From the IMG/VR virus record IMGVR_UViG_3300037501_000255: DNA of 64,000 nt; one strand, 5' to 3'. The first letter of the stretch is position 1, and each line of letters starts with the position of its first letter. The notes beneath the pieces were generated by a model that was given only the letters and a program-made list of their open reading frames with translations, did no database searches and was not told the origin of the DNA. Origin of the DNA: a virus (lineage: Duplodnaviria > Caudoviricetes). The position numbers were made by a program, and so were the translations under genes. Positions 8,089-17,747 of the stretch are shown here, piece after piece.

Positions 8089-9974
8089 TCTACCACCTCC
8101 GACGTGCCCCTCCATTCATCAACACCATCAGTTTTAGTAGCTGGGCATGCAGCTTGGAAGTCGCAGAAAGAACAAAGCCTTGACGGGCGCGGTTCCCAGC
8201 TCTGATCCGAACGTATCATGCCTGCTACCTTGGTAATTTCGGCAACACACCGTTCGGTATCCGTCTTTGAGATCGAGTACGGGATTGTCTTAGAGGCCTC
8301 GCCGAGTACGATGTACGAGCCCTTGATACGTTTGATGTCGGGATTCTCGTGCCACATTGCTAGTGCGTATACGAGCAGCTGAAATTCGTCAAGGTACTTA
8401 CTTTTTCCGGTGTTGTGCGTGACGACCATGCCGTCGCCGCACAGGTACAGCGAATCTGCTGCTTCTACGGCGATGCATTGCGTGGGAACGCTCGGCGTCG
8501 GTATGATGTTCGTAATGACCCTGCGCTTTGCTGCACAATCATGCCTATGTGATGTTTGCAGAAAAGCATCTACCTGAGCTGCTTTGCGCGGCAATTTGAA
8601 TGGATTAATACCAACCGGTCGAAATTCGAGCCTATGCGACTTATTTCCCAGCTTATCTATAGCGTGAAAGTATTGTACAGTAATTCCAAAGGTGCGGATG
8701 AGTTCGCGGACATCGCGCGTTAAGGCCTCACTCGTGGAGATAAATACTGCGCGTTTTCTCTGCGGATTCCACGAGCCATTGGAATCCATAATGCCTCTCA
8801 GCAACTCAAGGCGTTGAATGTGGGATGCCCTCAAATACTGAGATGGTATATGCTTATTATTAAGCAATCCCACCTTCCGTAAAATACCGGACAGCGGTAT
8901 ATTCCACCTGTATACTCCAACATTGCCATTGTTTCGGCATTGACGACAATACCGCCGGCCGTGGTAGGTGGCGAATTCGCTGTGCCCATAGCCGCATCGA
9001 TTCCGATCCCTTTTAATGCACGTGACAGCATACGCGGTCCTTTCCTTCCTTATAGAAATTTCACCCCAACGGCTCTCTAGCATATCTGTCATCGCCTGTA
9101 AGTCTTGGGTGCCGACAGTGATTTGACCACTGCGAGATGAGCCGTCACCCAGCCACACGCCCAATATCCATGGATCTACTGGAAGACTGATCTCTGGTAG
9201 CTCTAAAGAGGCGCTGTTTTGTACAACAAACCGCCCAGACACAGATTGTGTAAATCTTTGATAGAGCTCATCTGCATCTATTACTTCATCGTAGTTTCCT
9301 GCGGAACCATTTGTCCTAAAGCCGACTTGCCACAGATGGACATTGTCACATACTACGCTTGTATGATCTGAAAACTCAATCCTGTAACACGGTCTGTTGT
9401 GGATTTGTGACTTTACGCTCACCCTAGTCGGCCTACCGTCGCTTCCAAATACCATATCACCTACCGTAAGCTCACCCATTGTGGACCAGCCTGTCGGGGT
9501 AGGGATTCTGGTATCCATAGCAAGTCCCTTGTAGTCTACAATCTCGACGCCGCTGTCTGTTTGGTCTACTCTATCTATGAACCCCCGCAGGACGATATTC
9601 CCTGCCAACTCTATAGTAAATTCCTTCTCATTGAAAAGGACCTTGGGCAGACCCTCGCTGCGTAGCTTGGCTAGGTATGTGTCTAACATGCTCTTGGCGG
9701 TGCCGCGCTGCTCTTTGGTCAGAGCATGTGAGGACAGTGTCTTGCGACAGATATCTTTAAGGAGCGAACCCCATTCCTCTGGTGGAGTTGGAGTGTCGCG
9801 CAAAGTATTGTGAAATGACTCAAGCACATCGTGAACGAAGTTTCCTAGCTCTATGTGAGGCCACTTTTTCTTGGGGAGCTTCTGTATGTACGTGAAGTAA
9901 TACTTTCTCGGACACTGGGTATATGTCTTGATGGCCGAGGCCGATATCTTCAACTTATCACTTTTAATTACCAT
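8085..9974 (-). CDS. PD-(D/E)xK exonuclease of Cas4/AddB/RecB-like type, intein-containing
   Basis: SASAIKTYTQCPRKY, GNFVHDVLE, RGFIDRVD, IVDYK|TGK, QLLVYA and CSFCDFQAACP (four-Cys Fe-S pattern); start at ATG 9974. Confidence 0.9.
   Translation of the reverse strand: MVIKSDKLKISASAIKTYTQCPRKYYFTYIQKLPKKKWPHIELGNFVHDVLESFHNTLRDTPTPPEEWGSLLKDICRKTLSSHALTKEQRGTAKSMLDTYLAKLRSEGLPKVLFNEKEFTIELAGNIVLRGFIDRVDQTDSGVEIVDYKGLAMDTRIPTPTGWSTMGELTVGDMVFGSDGRPTRVSVKSQIHNRPCYRIEFSDHTSVVCDNVHLWQVGFRTNGSAGNYDEVIDADELYQRFTQSVSGRFVVQNSASLELPEISLPVDPWILGVWLGDGSSRSGQITVGTQDLQAMTDMLESRWGEISIRKERTAYAVTCIKRDRNRCGYGHSEFATYHGRRYCRQCRNNGNVGVYRWNIPLSGILRKVGLLNNKHIPSQYLRASHIQRLELLRGIMDSNGSWNPQRKRAVFISTSEALTRDVRELIRTFGITVQYFHAIDKLGNKSHRLEFRPVGINPFKLPRKAAQVDAFLQTSHRHDCAAKRRVITNIIPTPSVPTQCIAVEAADSLYLCGDGMVVTHNTGKSKYLDEFQLLVYALAMWHENPDIKRIKGSYIVLGEASKTIPYSISKTDTERCVAEITKVAGMIRSDQSWEPRPSRLCSFCDFQAACPATKTDGVDEWRGTSEVVE
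8412..9527 (-). mobile_element. class 3 intein (372 aa) with LAGLIDADG homing endonuclease
   Basis: Begins with Gly (GLAMDTRIPTPTGW) and ends THN before Thr. W-C-T signature: block B DNVHLW, block F TQCIAV, block G VVTHN. Endonuclease blocks ILGVWLGDG and LRGIMDSNG. Confidence 0.92.
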
Positions 9975-9981
9975 GCCTACC

Positions 9982-10872
9982 TTAACTTTGGTGCCTACCG
10001 TATGTGAACCACTTAAACACATGCGGATTGCTATAGTGCGGTCGCGGCAGATTAGCTGGCGCCGGAGGGAGATCCTGAATGGATCTTACCCATCTGCTGC
10101 TATTTGAATCAAAGTACGAGAAGACAATAACGTTTTTATCCCTATCGTAGTGGTATTTTGTAGCGGAGCCGCTGAAATAGTTTGAGTTTCCTAAATTAAC
10201 ATAATCGATACCGCTCCAGGATGTGCGTGAGTTTCTGAGAGACATCAGATGGCCATTTATTATGTCAACAGCCGGCTTTTCCGGTGCAGATGCGCGGCCG
10301 TCTACCAAAAGATACATGGCGTCCGTTCGGACTTCACTCTGATTGTTGGCTGATGAAAACATGGGCGGGGAATCATCTATAATTGAACCCGTATATTTAG
10401 GAGGTTCCAGCACTACCCGAGTATCTGTGCCAACAACAGTGCCATCAGGCAGAGTTTCCGGCTGGATAATCTCGAGTTCGCTCAGAGGGATATCGATATA
10501 GAAAATCGGGTCTCCGGCAAAATCATAATACAGCGGCACGTCTGCGCCGCCGGGGTATGAATATACGATGCCTTCAAAAAACACGTATCTGGTGCGCCCC
10601 AGGTCTGTATTATCTGTTCCGTATGTCTGAGTCAACACCGCGCTTGGTACCGTTGCGTAGCCGTCAAAATAATATGCTACGGCGCTTACTGTAACCATCC
10701 CGACATTGGTTGGCATGGTTATAGCTTCTGTATATACGGCAGATAGCGGCGTGGGTAGTGTACCATCTAAGGTATAGTAGATGGTGGAAGGTAGATTTGT
10801 GAACAGCTCTACTTGCTGCGGTATACCGGAAATAATTTCTTTCTCTGATGGCGAAAGGGATAGGATAATCAT
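9982..10872 (-). CDS. protein with chitobiase/beta-hexosaminidase C-terminal-like (Fn3-associated) domain; possibly structural
   Basis: Motif TIYYTLDGTLPTPLSAVYTEAITM. Confidence 0.7.
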   Translation of the reverse strand: MIILSLSPSEKEIISGIPQQVELFTNLPSTIYYTLDGTLPTPLSAVYTEAITMPTNVGMVTVSAVAYYFDGYATVPSAVLTQTYGTDNTDLGRTRYVFFEGIVYSYPGGADVPLYYDFAGDPIFYIDIPLSELEIIQPETLPDGTVVGTDTRVVLEPPKYTGSIIDDSPPMFSSANNQSEVRTDAMYLLVDGRASAPEKPAVDIINGHLMSLRNSRTSWSGIDYVNLGNSNYFSGSATKYHYDRDKNVIVFSYFDSNSSRWVRSIQDLPPAPANLPRPHYSNPHVFKWFTYGRHQS

Positions 10873-11216
10873 TTAACTGCCTGTATGAAGTGAGGGCTAC
10901 GCTCGACGAGATTCTCACTCTCTGCTGCCCAATAAACGTGATGGGCTAGCTTTCTACAAAACGCGGCAGCATCCATATACTTTACTCTGATATTCTCATC
11001 AGTGGCATCTGCAGCATATCTGCCAAGATGGTGACTCCAGGACAGCAACTCAGCTATAATAATGCTGTTTGGATTTTCTCTAATTTCAGCGAGTGCGCGT
11101 TCAAATGCAATTTTGAATGCAGCATCAAACCCCAGCTTGGAAATTGCTGCGCAAAGATTATTAAATGTTATCTCCGGTATTTTGTAGTGTGTGTTTAATG
11201 TCATGGCCAAACCCAT
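10869..11216 (-). CDS. hypothetical protein
   Basis: 115-aa ORF with ATGA overlap with the next gene. Confidence 0.75.
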   Translation of the reverse strand: MGLAMTLNTHYKIPEITFNNLCAAISKLGFDAAFKIAFERALAEIRENPNSIIIAELLSWSHHLGRYAADATDENIRVKYMDAAAFCRKLAHHVYWAAESENLVERSPHFIQAVK

Positions 11217-11355
11217 AAAAATGTATAATTCTCATCGTTATAATTCCATTATCGGTGAAGTCTAGCCTTCCAACTATTCATTTTGGCTTAACTGACCTTC
11301 ACGACTTGGCCGGCCGGGAAGTTTCTTTACTGAAATATCGTATTTCATGCGTAGA

Positions 11356-13461
11356 TTAGGAAATTTCGACCTCGCTACCAGCATGGGTGCGTTTTACAGT
11401 GATAATTGTCTCAAACTCATCCTTCAACGCAGGATCGTGTGTGATCACAAGAATCTTCATATGACGCTCCAATTTTCGTATGATGGTGACAAATATATCG
11501 ATATTGTACGGATCCAAACTGGAACTAACCTCATCTAAAAGCAGCAGTTGCGCCTCGCCTCCCATCCTGCGAGCCTGAATTGAGCCAAGAGCGAGTCGGA
11601 TTGCAAAGGATACTATAAACTTCTCGCCGCCACTCAGTGAGTGCCAGGGCTGGGGGCCATTTCGTGTATTGATTTCTATATCAAAAGTCTCTTTCCACTC
11701 GCCTTTGGTGCCCTGCTTTTGCGTGACGAACGAGATGTGCATTGGCTCGCTAGAAAATTCAGATAGCCATGCATTAGTTGCTCTCGTCAGTTCATCAACA
11801 ACATTGTCGATGATAATCGCTTGGACGCCATCTCTACCAAAAGCTTTCGTTAATCGGCTATAGACTGTCGCTTGCTTGGTGCACTCATTAAGTATATCCA
11901 TAGCCTTATTGCGCGCATCCAGAGTCTCTTGCAGAGCTTCGATTTGCGCTGCCAGCTGCCCGCTTTTGACGAAAAGCTCCCGGGCGCTATTTCTATTGCT
12001 CTTTAATTCCTCTTTTTTGATGGACAGTTGTTGCGTTTTAAGAGCATATGAATCTAATGCCTCGACATTAGAAATTGAATTCAGAGCTGCTCGGATATCG
12101 TGCAGCTTCTTTTCAGTTAATAGAATTTCTTCCAGAAGCGCCGAGCGCTGACCTTCAGTCGTTGTTATTCGCAATTGAAGTGTATTGAGCCCGTCATTTA
12201 GATTAGCAAGTTGTATCTTGAACTTCTCAAGATCAAACGCCTGCTGCGATAGTCTCTCAAGCTCCCCCTTCGCAGCAGTTACTTTGCTCTCTGCGCGCTG
12301 CACCTTTGCCAGTAGAGTCGCCAGTTCTGCCTTCCGAGCATCTAACTCGGCCTGTTTGGAAGCGGCGTCGGTCCATTCGTGGCCACATGTGGTGCATTTA
12401 TCACCGTTTGTTAGGGTTTCTATTTGAGTTCTTATTTGACGAGTCTTGGCTTTCCCCTCCACTAGAGAGGCTTCCATCTTAGATACGTCTGCTTTACGCA
12501 GTTCCAAATCTGCACTTGCAAGCTCCTTAACTAGATTTGCCAGCCCAGCCTCTTTTTCTTCAATGGCCTTCTGGGCCGAAGCGAGTGAACTATTTAGCTC
12601 TGTAAGAGTGCGGTCGTGGGTATTACGCACGGATTGTAGCCTGCTCAGCTCTTTATCTAATCGCGAACTTTCCGTATCCAATTCTTTAATCTTTGTCGCT
12701 TGACGCCCCTTATCCGAATCGGATAGTATAGCGTCTTCCAAAAGACTTATTTGTTTTTCAAGTTCAGCACTGTCAGAGGCTAGTGCCTCAATCTGAGCAT
12801 TGACGTTGACAAGCTCATTGCGGGAGTCGCGCAGAGAACTCTCTGCGTTTTCGGAGCGCAGAAGCTGCGCTCTCATAATCTCAATCTCCCCTTCTAGCTT
12901 GTCGAATCTAGTTTTAGCAACCTTCTGATACTTTGTCCAATCCTCCAAATTCAACAGAGAGCCGAGAAGCGCCTGACGCGTAGAAAATGTGCCCTGTGTA
13001 AAATCGAAGAATGAACCCTGTCTAAAATAGACGGAGTTTAAAAAAACATCATATGTGCATTTTATTGTCTCACAAATGATCGAGTCTGTAATCTTATTTG
13101 TATCACCATGCAGTTTTTCTCTTTGACCGTCTTCGGTCACGCGCCAGAACTCCGTAATCATTTTGGAATATTTGGCATTGCGCGTGCGCTTTATTTGGTA
13201 TTTCTGTTCATTGTGAATAAAATCCAACACAACTTCGCACGTTACCTGACCGCGCTTGACTACATCATCGGCATTCTTATCTCCAGTTTCTCCATAAAGT
13301 GCAAATGATAGGGACTCGAGGATGGATGATTTTCCACTGCCATTACTTCTGCGTGGATCTCCAGACTTCTCGCCTATTATAAGAGCAGAGGAGAAGTCGA
13401 AATCTATTACCGAATGCGTGTGGCTCTTGAAGTTGCTGAGCTCTAATCTAGTGGGAAGCAC
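11356..13461 (-). CDS. sbcC: SbcC/Rad50/gp46-like SMC ATPase
   Basis: LSNFKSH, Walker A NGSGKSS, zinc hook CTTCG within the coiled coil, signature LSGGE, Walker B LLLDE; probable GTG start at 13461 with GGAG upstream. Confidence 0.95.
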   Translation of the reverse strand: MLPTRLELSNFKSHTHSVIDFDFSSALIIGEKSGDPRRSNGSGKSSILESLSFALYGETGDKNADDVVKRGQVTCEVVLDFIHNEQKYQIKRTRNAKYSKMITEFWRVTEDGQREKLHGDTNKITDSIICETIKCTYDVFLNSVYFRQGSFFDFTQGTFSTRQALLGSLLNLEDWTKYQKVAKTRFDKLEGEIEIMRAQLLRSENAESSLRDSRNELVNVNAQIEALASDSAELEKQISLLEDAILSDSDKGRQATKIKELDTESSRLDKELSRLQSVRNTHDRTLTELNSSLASAQKAIEEKEAGLANLVKELASADLELRKADVSKMEASLVEGKAKTRQIRTQIETLTNGDKCTTCGHEWTDAASKQAELDARKAELATLLAKVQRAESKVTAAKGELERLSQQAFDLEKFKIQLANLNDGLNTLQLRITTTEGQRSALLEEILLTEKKLHDIRAALNSISNVEALDSYALKTQQLSIKKEELKSNRNSARELFVKSGQLAAQIEALQETLDARNKAMDILNECTKQATVYSRLTKAFGRDGVQAIIIDNVVDELTRATNAWLSEFSSEPMHISFVTQKQGTKGEWKETFDIEINTRNGPQPWHSLSGGEKFIVSFAIRLALGSIQARRMGGEAQLLLLDEVSSSLDPYNIDIFVTIIRKLERHMKILVITHDPALKDEFETIITVKRTHAGSEVEIS

Positions 13462-14671
13462 TTTTATCTCCTGCTGCGCGAATAATGTCCACACCGGCAT
13501 CTATCAACATTTTGCGCATCTCTTCATCATCAACTGAATTCTCAAGGTACATCCTCAATGCTTGCACATGTGAAATATCCTCGGTAATTCTATCATCTCT
13601 AGATTGCCTAGATGTTATTATCTCAGGTTTAATTTCCGCACAGAAGTGCGCTCCATATACATCTCTCAGATGAGATGCGATCGTGCGCGCATCTAGGAAT
13701 TGTTCATCTTCGGCGCATATACGTATTGTCGTGCGCACTATGCTGCTCGAGAGGCTATGTGTTTTAGCATAAGCGGCTATGTCGATCTTGATCCTATCCA
13801 TCAGCTGCTCGCCCACAACCATGGATGCATAATCCAACGTTAGGTCCCACATGTCACGGCATGGCTCTCTGTAGTATTCGACATTGGCAGTTTCAAGATC
13901 AATTATAGCATAGAGTTTATCGTGGTCTTCAAACCCACCCCTCTTTTCCATTGAGCCGATATACGCTATGTAGGGGTTCTCGCTAATGACACCTGGCTTA
14001 TGTATATGCCCCATCAAAGTGACATTTATGCCGGAAAACATGCTGCACGGCAAGGTTAATTGATTCTCGCCATATAAATCCTTATACGCTTCATCGACAA
14101 ATGTGCCTTCTATAGTCATGTGCCCCACTAAAATTGTGGGCAAGATGTTGTTGCGTACGGACATCAGGGCGTCTAACTCAGATTTGATGGCTTGCACGGC
14201 ATCGGCATGCGTCTCCTGCTCCATCCACAGTCGATCTCGGTAGGGCATGAGAATGAGGTTTGCTACTGGCTTGCCGAACCACTCTATAGTTTGCAGAGAC
14301 AGATCATCATATACGCGTATATTTGGTAGGTTAAGTTCCTTCAGGTAAGATATGGTCGTTGTAGCGTGAATACGCTGTTGATCGTGATTTCCTATTACAA
14401 TATGTATGCGCTCTATCCCTTTAGACAAAGCGCGGTGTAGACTCTGAGAGAAGATTTTTTGTTGAACAATAGATGGGAACCTATGTTCAAAGATATCTCC
14501 TGTGAATACAATCTCTGAAACGCCCGCCGCAACCATCTCATCAATTGTAATATCTAAAGTCTCTGCATAATCAATAAGGCGCGTATTGACATTTAGCGAA
14601 GGGTGCTGCTTTCCTGCCCACTGGTTGGCTCCTAAGTGCACATCTCCGATAACACCGATTTTAATACTCAT
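13448..14671 (-). CDS. sbcD: SbcD/Mre11/gp47-like nuclease
   Basis: Metallophosphoesterase motifs GDVHLG, GDIFE, GNHD, GHM and GHIH; adjacent to sbcC. Confidence 0.95.
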   Translation of the reverse strand: MSIKIGVIGDVHLGANQWAGKQHPSLNVNTRLIDYAETLDITIDEMVAAGVSEIVFTGDIFEHRFPSIVQQKIFSQSLHRALSKGIERIHIVIGNHDQQRIHATTTISYLKELNLPNIRVYDDLSLQTIEWFGKPVANLILMPYRDRLWMEQETHADAVQAIKSELDALMSVRNNILPTILVGHMTIEGTFVDEAYKDLYGENQLTLPCSMFSGINVTLMGHIHKPGVISENPYIAYIGSMEKRGGFEDHDKLYAIIDLETANVEYYREPCRDMWDLTLDYASMVVGEQLMDRIKIDIAAYAKTHSLSSSIVRTTIRICAEDEQFLDARTIASHLRDVYGAHFCAEIKPEIITSRQSRDDRITEDISHVQALRMYLENSVDDEEMRKMLIDAGVDIIRAAGDKSASH

Positions 14672-15243
14672 ACTTTTCTACGCTCCAGCTCCATCATTAT
14701 TTGAAGGGAGAAGTTTCTGGCTTGCTCGCCGTCTTCATCGGTTAATTTTGCGAACCGCTCGTCTATTCTCTTAAATATGCTTTCCGCCCAGGCGCACTCT
14801 TCCTTGAATGCCAGTGTGTCATTTAGCGAAGCTAGATACTCCCTAATCGCCACACTCATTTGAAAATTAATCTCATGTATATTTATCTTAGGCCTTGTTG
14901 CTGCAGCGTCTGATAGGTCTATGGATATGTTCTTTGATTTTTTATACCTCATGGCGACTACATCGCCAGGAGAGCCCCTAATCATACCAATAAAATCAAA
15001 AATATCCCCTCGCGCCGAGCAGCCGTAACAGAAAAATGTCTTATCTGTGTCTGATAAATGTAACGATGGAGTTCGCTCTTGTCCGTTTTTATGGAACGGG
15101 CAGGTGCACTTATGAGTCCAAGAGGCTGAGCTAACCGACTCGACCCTATTTGAATATTTGTTTGCTACAGCTTCGAACGACAGAGATTTAGCTAGCTGCT
15201 TACGCAGTGCCTTGCTCTCATCTGTCGTCAGCCATGCAATCAT
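14668..15243 (-). CDS. stand-alone CHC2 zinc-finger (primase zinc-binding domain) protein
   Basis: CPFHKNGQERTPS...FFCYGCSARGDIFDF; no TOPRIM domain within the 191 aa. Confidence 0.85.
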   Translation of the reverse strand: MIAWLTTDESKALRKQLAKSLSFEAVANKYSNRVESVSSASWTHKCTCPFHKNGQERTPSLHLSDTDKTFFCYGCSARGDIFDFIGMIRGSPGDVVAMRYKKSKNISIDLSDAAATRPKINIHEINFQMSVAIREYLASLNDTLAFKEECAWAESIFKRIDERFAKLTDEDGEQARNFSLQIMMELERRKV

Positions 15244-15662
15244 TTTTCAATATCCACCTTTGCGGCGACAGCTTTAAGCCTTTTGTTTAGTACAGCATTT
15301 TGAAATTTAAGATCATTGATTTCATCTTTTAGCAGAAGATTTGAGTGTAGTGCGGTAATACAAAGGGTCATCAGTCCTTCGCCAGCATTGACAAATTCAA
15401 GTTGACCTGCCAAATCATGCATATCAACTATAATTTTGTGGCGAGTGCGATTTTCATCAGTTGAGCGGTTAGCAGCCAGCTGAGTCTTTTGCAGCAATTC
15501 TTTGTACTCAAGTACGGCCGTCTGGAGTGCCGTGCGCGCCTTCTCTAACCGCTCCTTCAACTCAGCTTCATTGATTTGAGGCTTGGGCGGTGATGGGGGG
15601 CTCTCCTGAGTTTGTTGGCGTGGCGTCAGTTTCGGTGGCGGCAGACGCGGGGCTTTTGGCAT
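15240..15662 (-). CDS. hypothetical protein (Pro-rich N-terminus, coiled coil)
   Basis: 140-aa ORF with ATGA overlap. Confidence 0.75.
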   Translation of the reverse strand: MPKAPRLPPPKLTPRQQTQESPPSPPKPQINEAELKERLEKARTALQTAVLEYKELLQKTQLAANRSTDENRTRHKIIVDMHDLAGQLEFVNAGEGLMTLCITALHSNLLLKDEINDLKFQNAVLNKRLKAVAAKVDIEK

Positions 15663-16146
15663 AGATCTCCTCCGTCAAATTCAATAGGTTTTCTAAAGAG
15701 CTGTTGTGTACTGTACATTTAGCACATTTCTTATGCTGTGTAATGAATAATCTAGAATAACATACTGTATCCGATGTCCAAAAATCAAGCTTTTCACAAT
15801 ATTTGGGCTTATCCATTTCTTGATTAGCTACATTTAGTACTTTTAGTACTGGAAGCGTCAGCTTTTGGCATAGCGCATCTTTTATGGACTTGAGTTCTCG
15901 GGCAGCGCGGCGGATGGCGCGTTTTTTGCGCTTCTCTTCAAGCTCTCGTTGCTTTCTCAAGATATCAGGATGTAATTCCCCGGAAGATGTAAAATACCCT
16001 TTCTTGTGCTTAGCAAAGCAGGCTGAGCACCACCCGTCGACTACCATACCATTACGACCGCATTTGGTTTTACAAAGCGGCGGGGGTGTTTGGACTTTTT
16101 GCTTGGGGTCGGTCTCAAATCGTATTTTCGATTTTTTTGCTGCCAT
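15568..16146 (-). CDS. hypothetical Cys-rich protein
   Basis: 192-aa ORF with two Cys clusters flanking a basic helix. Confidence 0.7.
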   Translation of the reverse strand: MAAKKSKIRFETDPKQKVQTPPPLCKTKCGRNGMVVDGWCSACFAKHKKGYFTSSGELHPDILRKQRELEEKRKKRAIRRAARELKSIKDALCQKLTLPVLKVLNVANQEMDKPKYCEKLDFWTSDTVCYSRLFITQHKKCAKCTVHNSSLENLLNLTEEIYAKSPASAATETDATPTNSGEPPITAQASNQ

Positions 16147-16147
16147 A

Positions 16148-16975
16148 CTATCTCATCAATTTATATTCTGTTTTCAGAACTGAGATGTCCTTTCTTGAGT
16201 GTCTCTGGTGATTTTTAAGCCACGACGAGAGCAACAGCCCTCCGACCGTGCCAGCGAGTACCGTGCCCCAGCCAGAGTCGGACTGCTCGTTTTTATCTGA
16301 GTGATCTAATTCTTCCGACAATTCAATTGCAACAGGTGGCTTACCGCGCACAACTTCATGCATGCCGTCACTGTAGACATAGATTATGAACAGCGGGGAG
16401 TCATTTTCATATAATCCGATTTGACGAACCTGCCCATTTTCCCACAAGACATGCGCCCCATTCCATTCACGAGTATCCTTATTGCGGCATATGAGCTCTG
16501 TGTGATGTGGGGTATCATCTCTATTTATGAGGAACCATTCGCGAGAGTCGAAGCCATTTTGGTGAATCTGGTTTGTAGAGGATATGAGTGCCGACATGAC
16601 GTAATCTGAAAATGGATTATTGAGAACGGAATTGTGTATCCGCATGTGCGGAGGCCACTGAATGCTGGCGACCCTATCGGCCAACTCGCATATCCCATCA
16701 CCCATTCTTTCTAAAATTTCAGGCGATGTCAAGATATCCGGATACTCTGACATTAGTCGCTCGCCTATTAGGCCATATTCCATGGCAATGCGCAGCAGAT
16801 CGTCCACCAAATCCTTGCCGTTTGGAAGCTCAAAATATGGCCTGCACAGCTCTATCACATGCTGTATTTCTAAGTATTTGCCATATATGTCAAAGAATGA
16901 ATCTATGACTGCCGATTCATTTGTCTCGCTCACATGTACTCCACATCTGTCTCGACATAGAAATATAGGCCGCAC
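16148..16975 (-). CDS. hypothetical protein with C-terminal hydrophobic anchor
   Basis: 275-aa ORF; WGTVLAGTVGGLLLSSWL followed by a basic tail. Confidence 0.75.
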   Translation of the reverse strand: MRPIFLCRDRCGVHVSETNESAVIDSFFDIYGKYLEIQHVIELCRPYFELPNGKDLVDDLLRIAMEYGLIGERLMSEYPDILTSPEILERMGDGICELADRVASIQWPPHMRIHNSVLNNPFSDYVMSALISSTNQIHQNGFDSREWFLINRDDTPHHTELICRNKDTREWNGAHVLWENGQVRQIGLYENDSPLFIIYVYSDGMHEVVRGKPPVAIELSEELDHSDKNEQSDSGWGTVLAGTVGGLLLSSWLKNHQRHSRKDISVLKTEYKLMR

Positions 16976-17247
16976 GGCTTGTGCATGACCCTGTAGTCGT
17001 ATAACAGCTTTTTAATATGCTCCGGTACCAGATCATTTTTTATTATGTACTCAAGAAGATTGTTGACTGCATTATTGTCTTGAATTACCTGCTCAAATAT
17101 TTTGAAGTGACTATCCAAATGATTTAGTATATCTCTCGAGTCTGGCCCGAGACGGGAAAGATCTAGAATTTTATTCTTAGTGCCCTTGCATATCGAGAAG
17201 CCAAACTTCCTGCAGCCATGGCACCCGAGCATGAGCCCACCGTGCAT
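16930..17247 (-). CDS. hypothetical protein
   Basis: 105-aa ORF with AGGAG upstream and CxxC. Confidence 0.6.
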   Translation of the reverse strand: MHGGLMLGCHGCRKFGFSICKGTKNKILDLSRLGPDSRDILNHLDSHFKIFEQVIQDNNAVNNLLEYIIKNDLVPEHIKKLLYDYRVMHKPCGLYFYVETDVEYM

Positions 17248-17255
17248 CTGTTCTC

Positions 17256-17747
17256 CTATTGGGATGCCAGAAAATCTTCAAAAGCATACGCTAGGCGCTC
17301 ATCCAGATCCCTATCTGAGATACCGCTGCGGTAGTTGAGGAGGTGAGCTATTTCATGCGCAAGAACGCCATCCCGTTTCCGGATAGAGTCCATGACAACG
17401 TATACTCTACGATCGCCCGGATAATACCTTCCTAGCACATCCTTATTTCTTGTTAGCCCAAATGGCAACGAACCATCATTCATCACAGTATGCGTTACTA
17501 TAGCAACATCTATTCTGTCTAGGACGGCAGGCCTGTGCAAGTTTAAGAAGCGCGCATGATTCTCCGGTACTGCATTCACGGTGCGTTGTACAAATTGCAA
17601 ATCGCCTTTCGTCAGAGGCTGATATGCACAAATGCGTATATCGGTCTGAGTGACAAGCCTATATTTAAAAGTGCAGTCGATCTCTACCTGCGCGGTAGCG
17701 GTTTGTGCAAAAAGCAGTGCGAAAAGGATAGCTATGAACCTTATCAT
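17256..17747 (-). CDS. exported zinc metallopeptidase-like protein
   Basis: Signal peptide MIRFIAILFALLFAQTATA and HExxH motif LAHEIAH. Confidence 0.75.
   Translation of the reverse strand: MIRFIAILFALLFAQTATAQVEIDCTFKYRLVTQTDIRICAYQPLTKGDLQFVQRTVNAVPENHARFLNLHRPAVLDRIDVAIVTHTVMNDGSLPFGLTRNKDVLGRYYPGDRRVYVVMDSIRKRDGVLAHEIAHLLNYRSGISDRDLDERLAYAFEDFLASQ

Noticed and set aside
8085-9974. CRISPR-Cas locus implied by a Cas4-like nuclease
   Set aside because: No repeat-spacer array or other cas genes were seen; solo Cas4-like nucleases are common in phages.
11217-11355. Largest early intergenic gap as a possible tRNA/ncRNA or sigma70 promoter
   Set aside because: No cloverleaf or T-loop motif; the two TATAAT hexamers face the non-coding strand; only very short ORFs without a clear SD.
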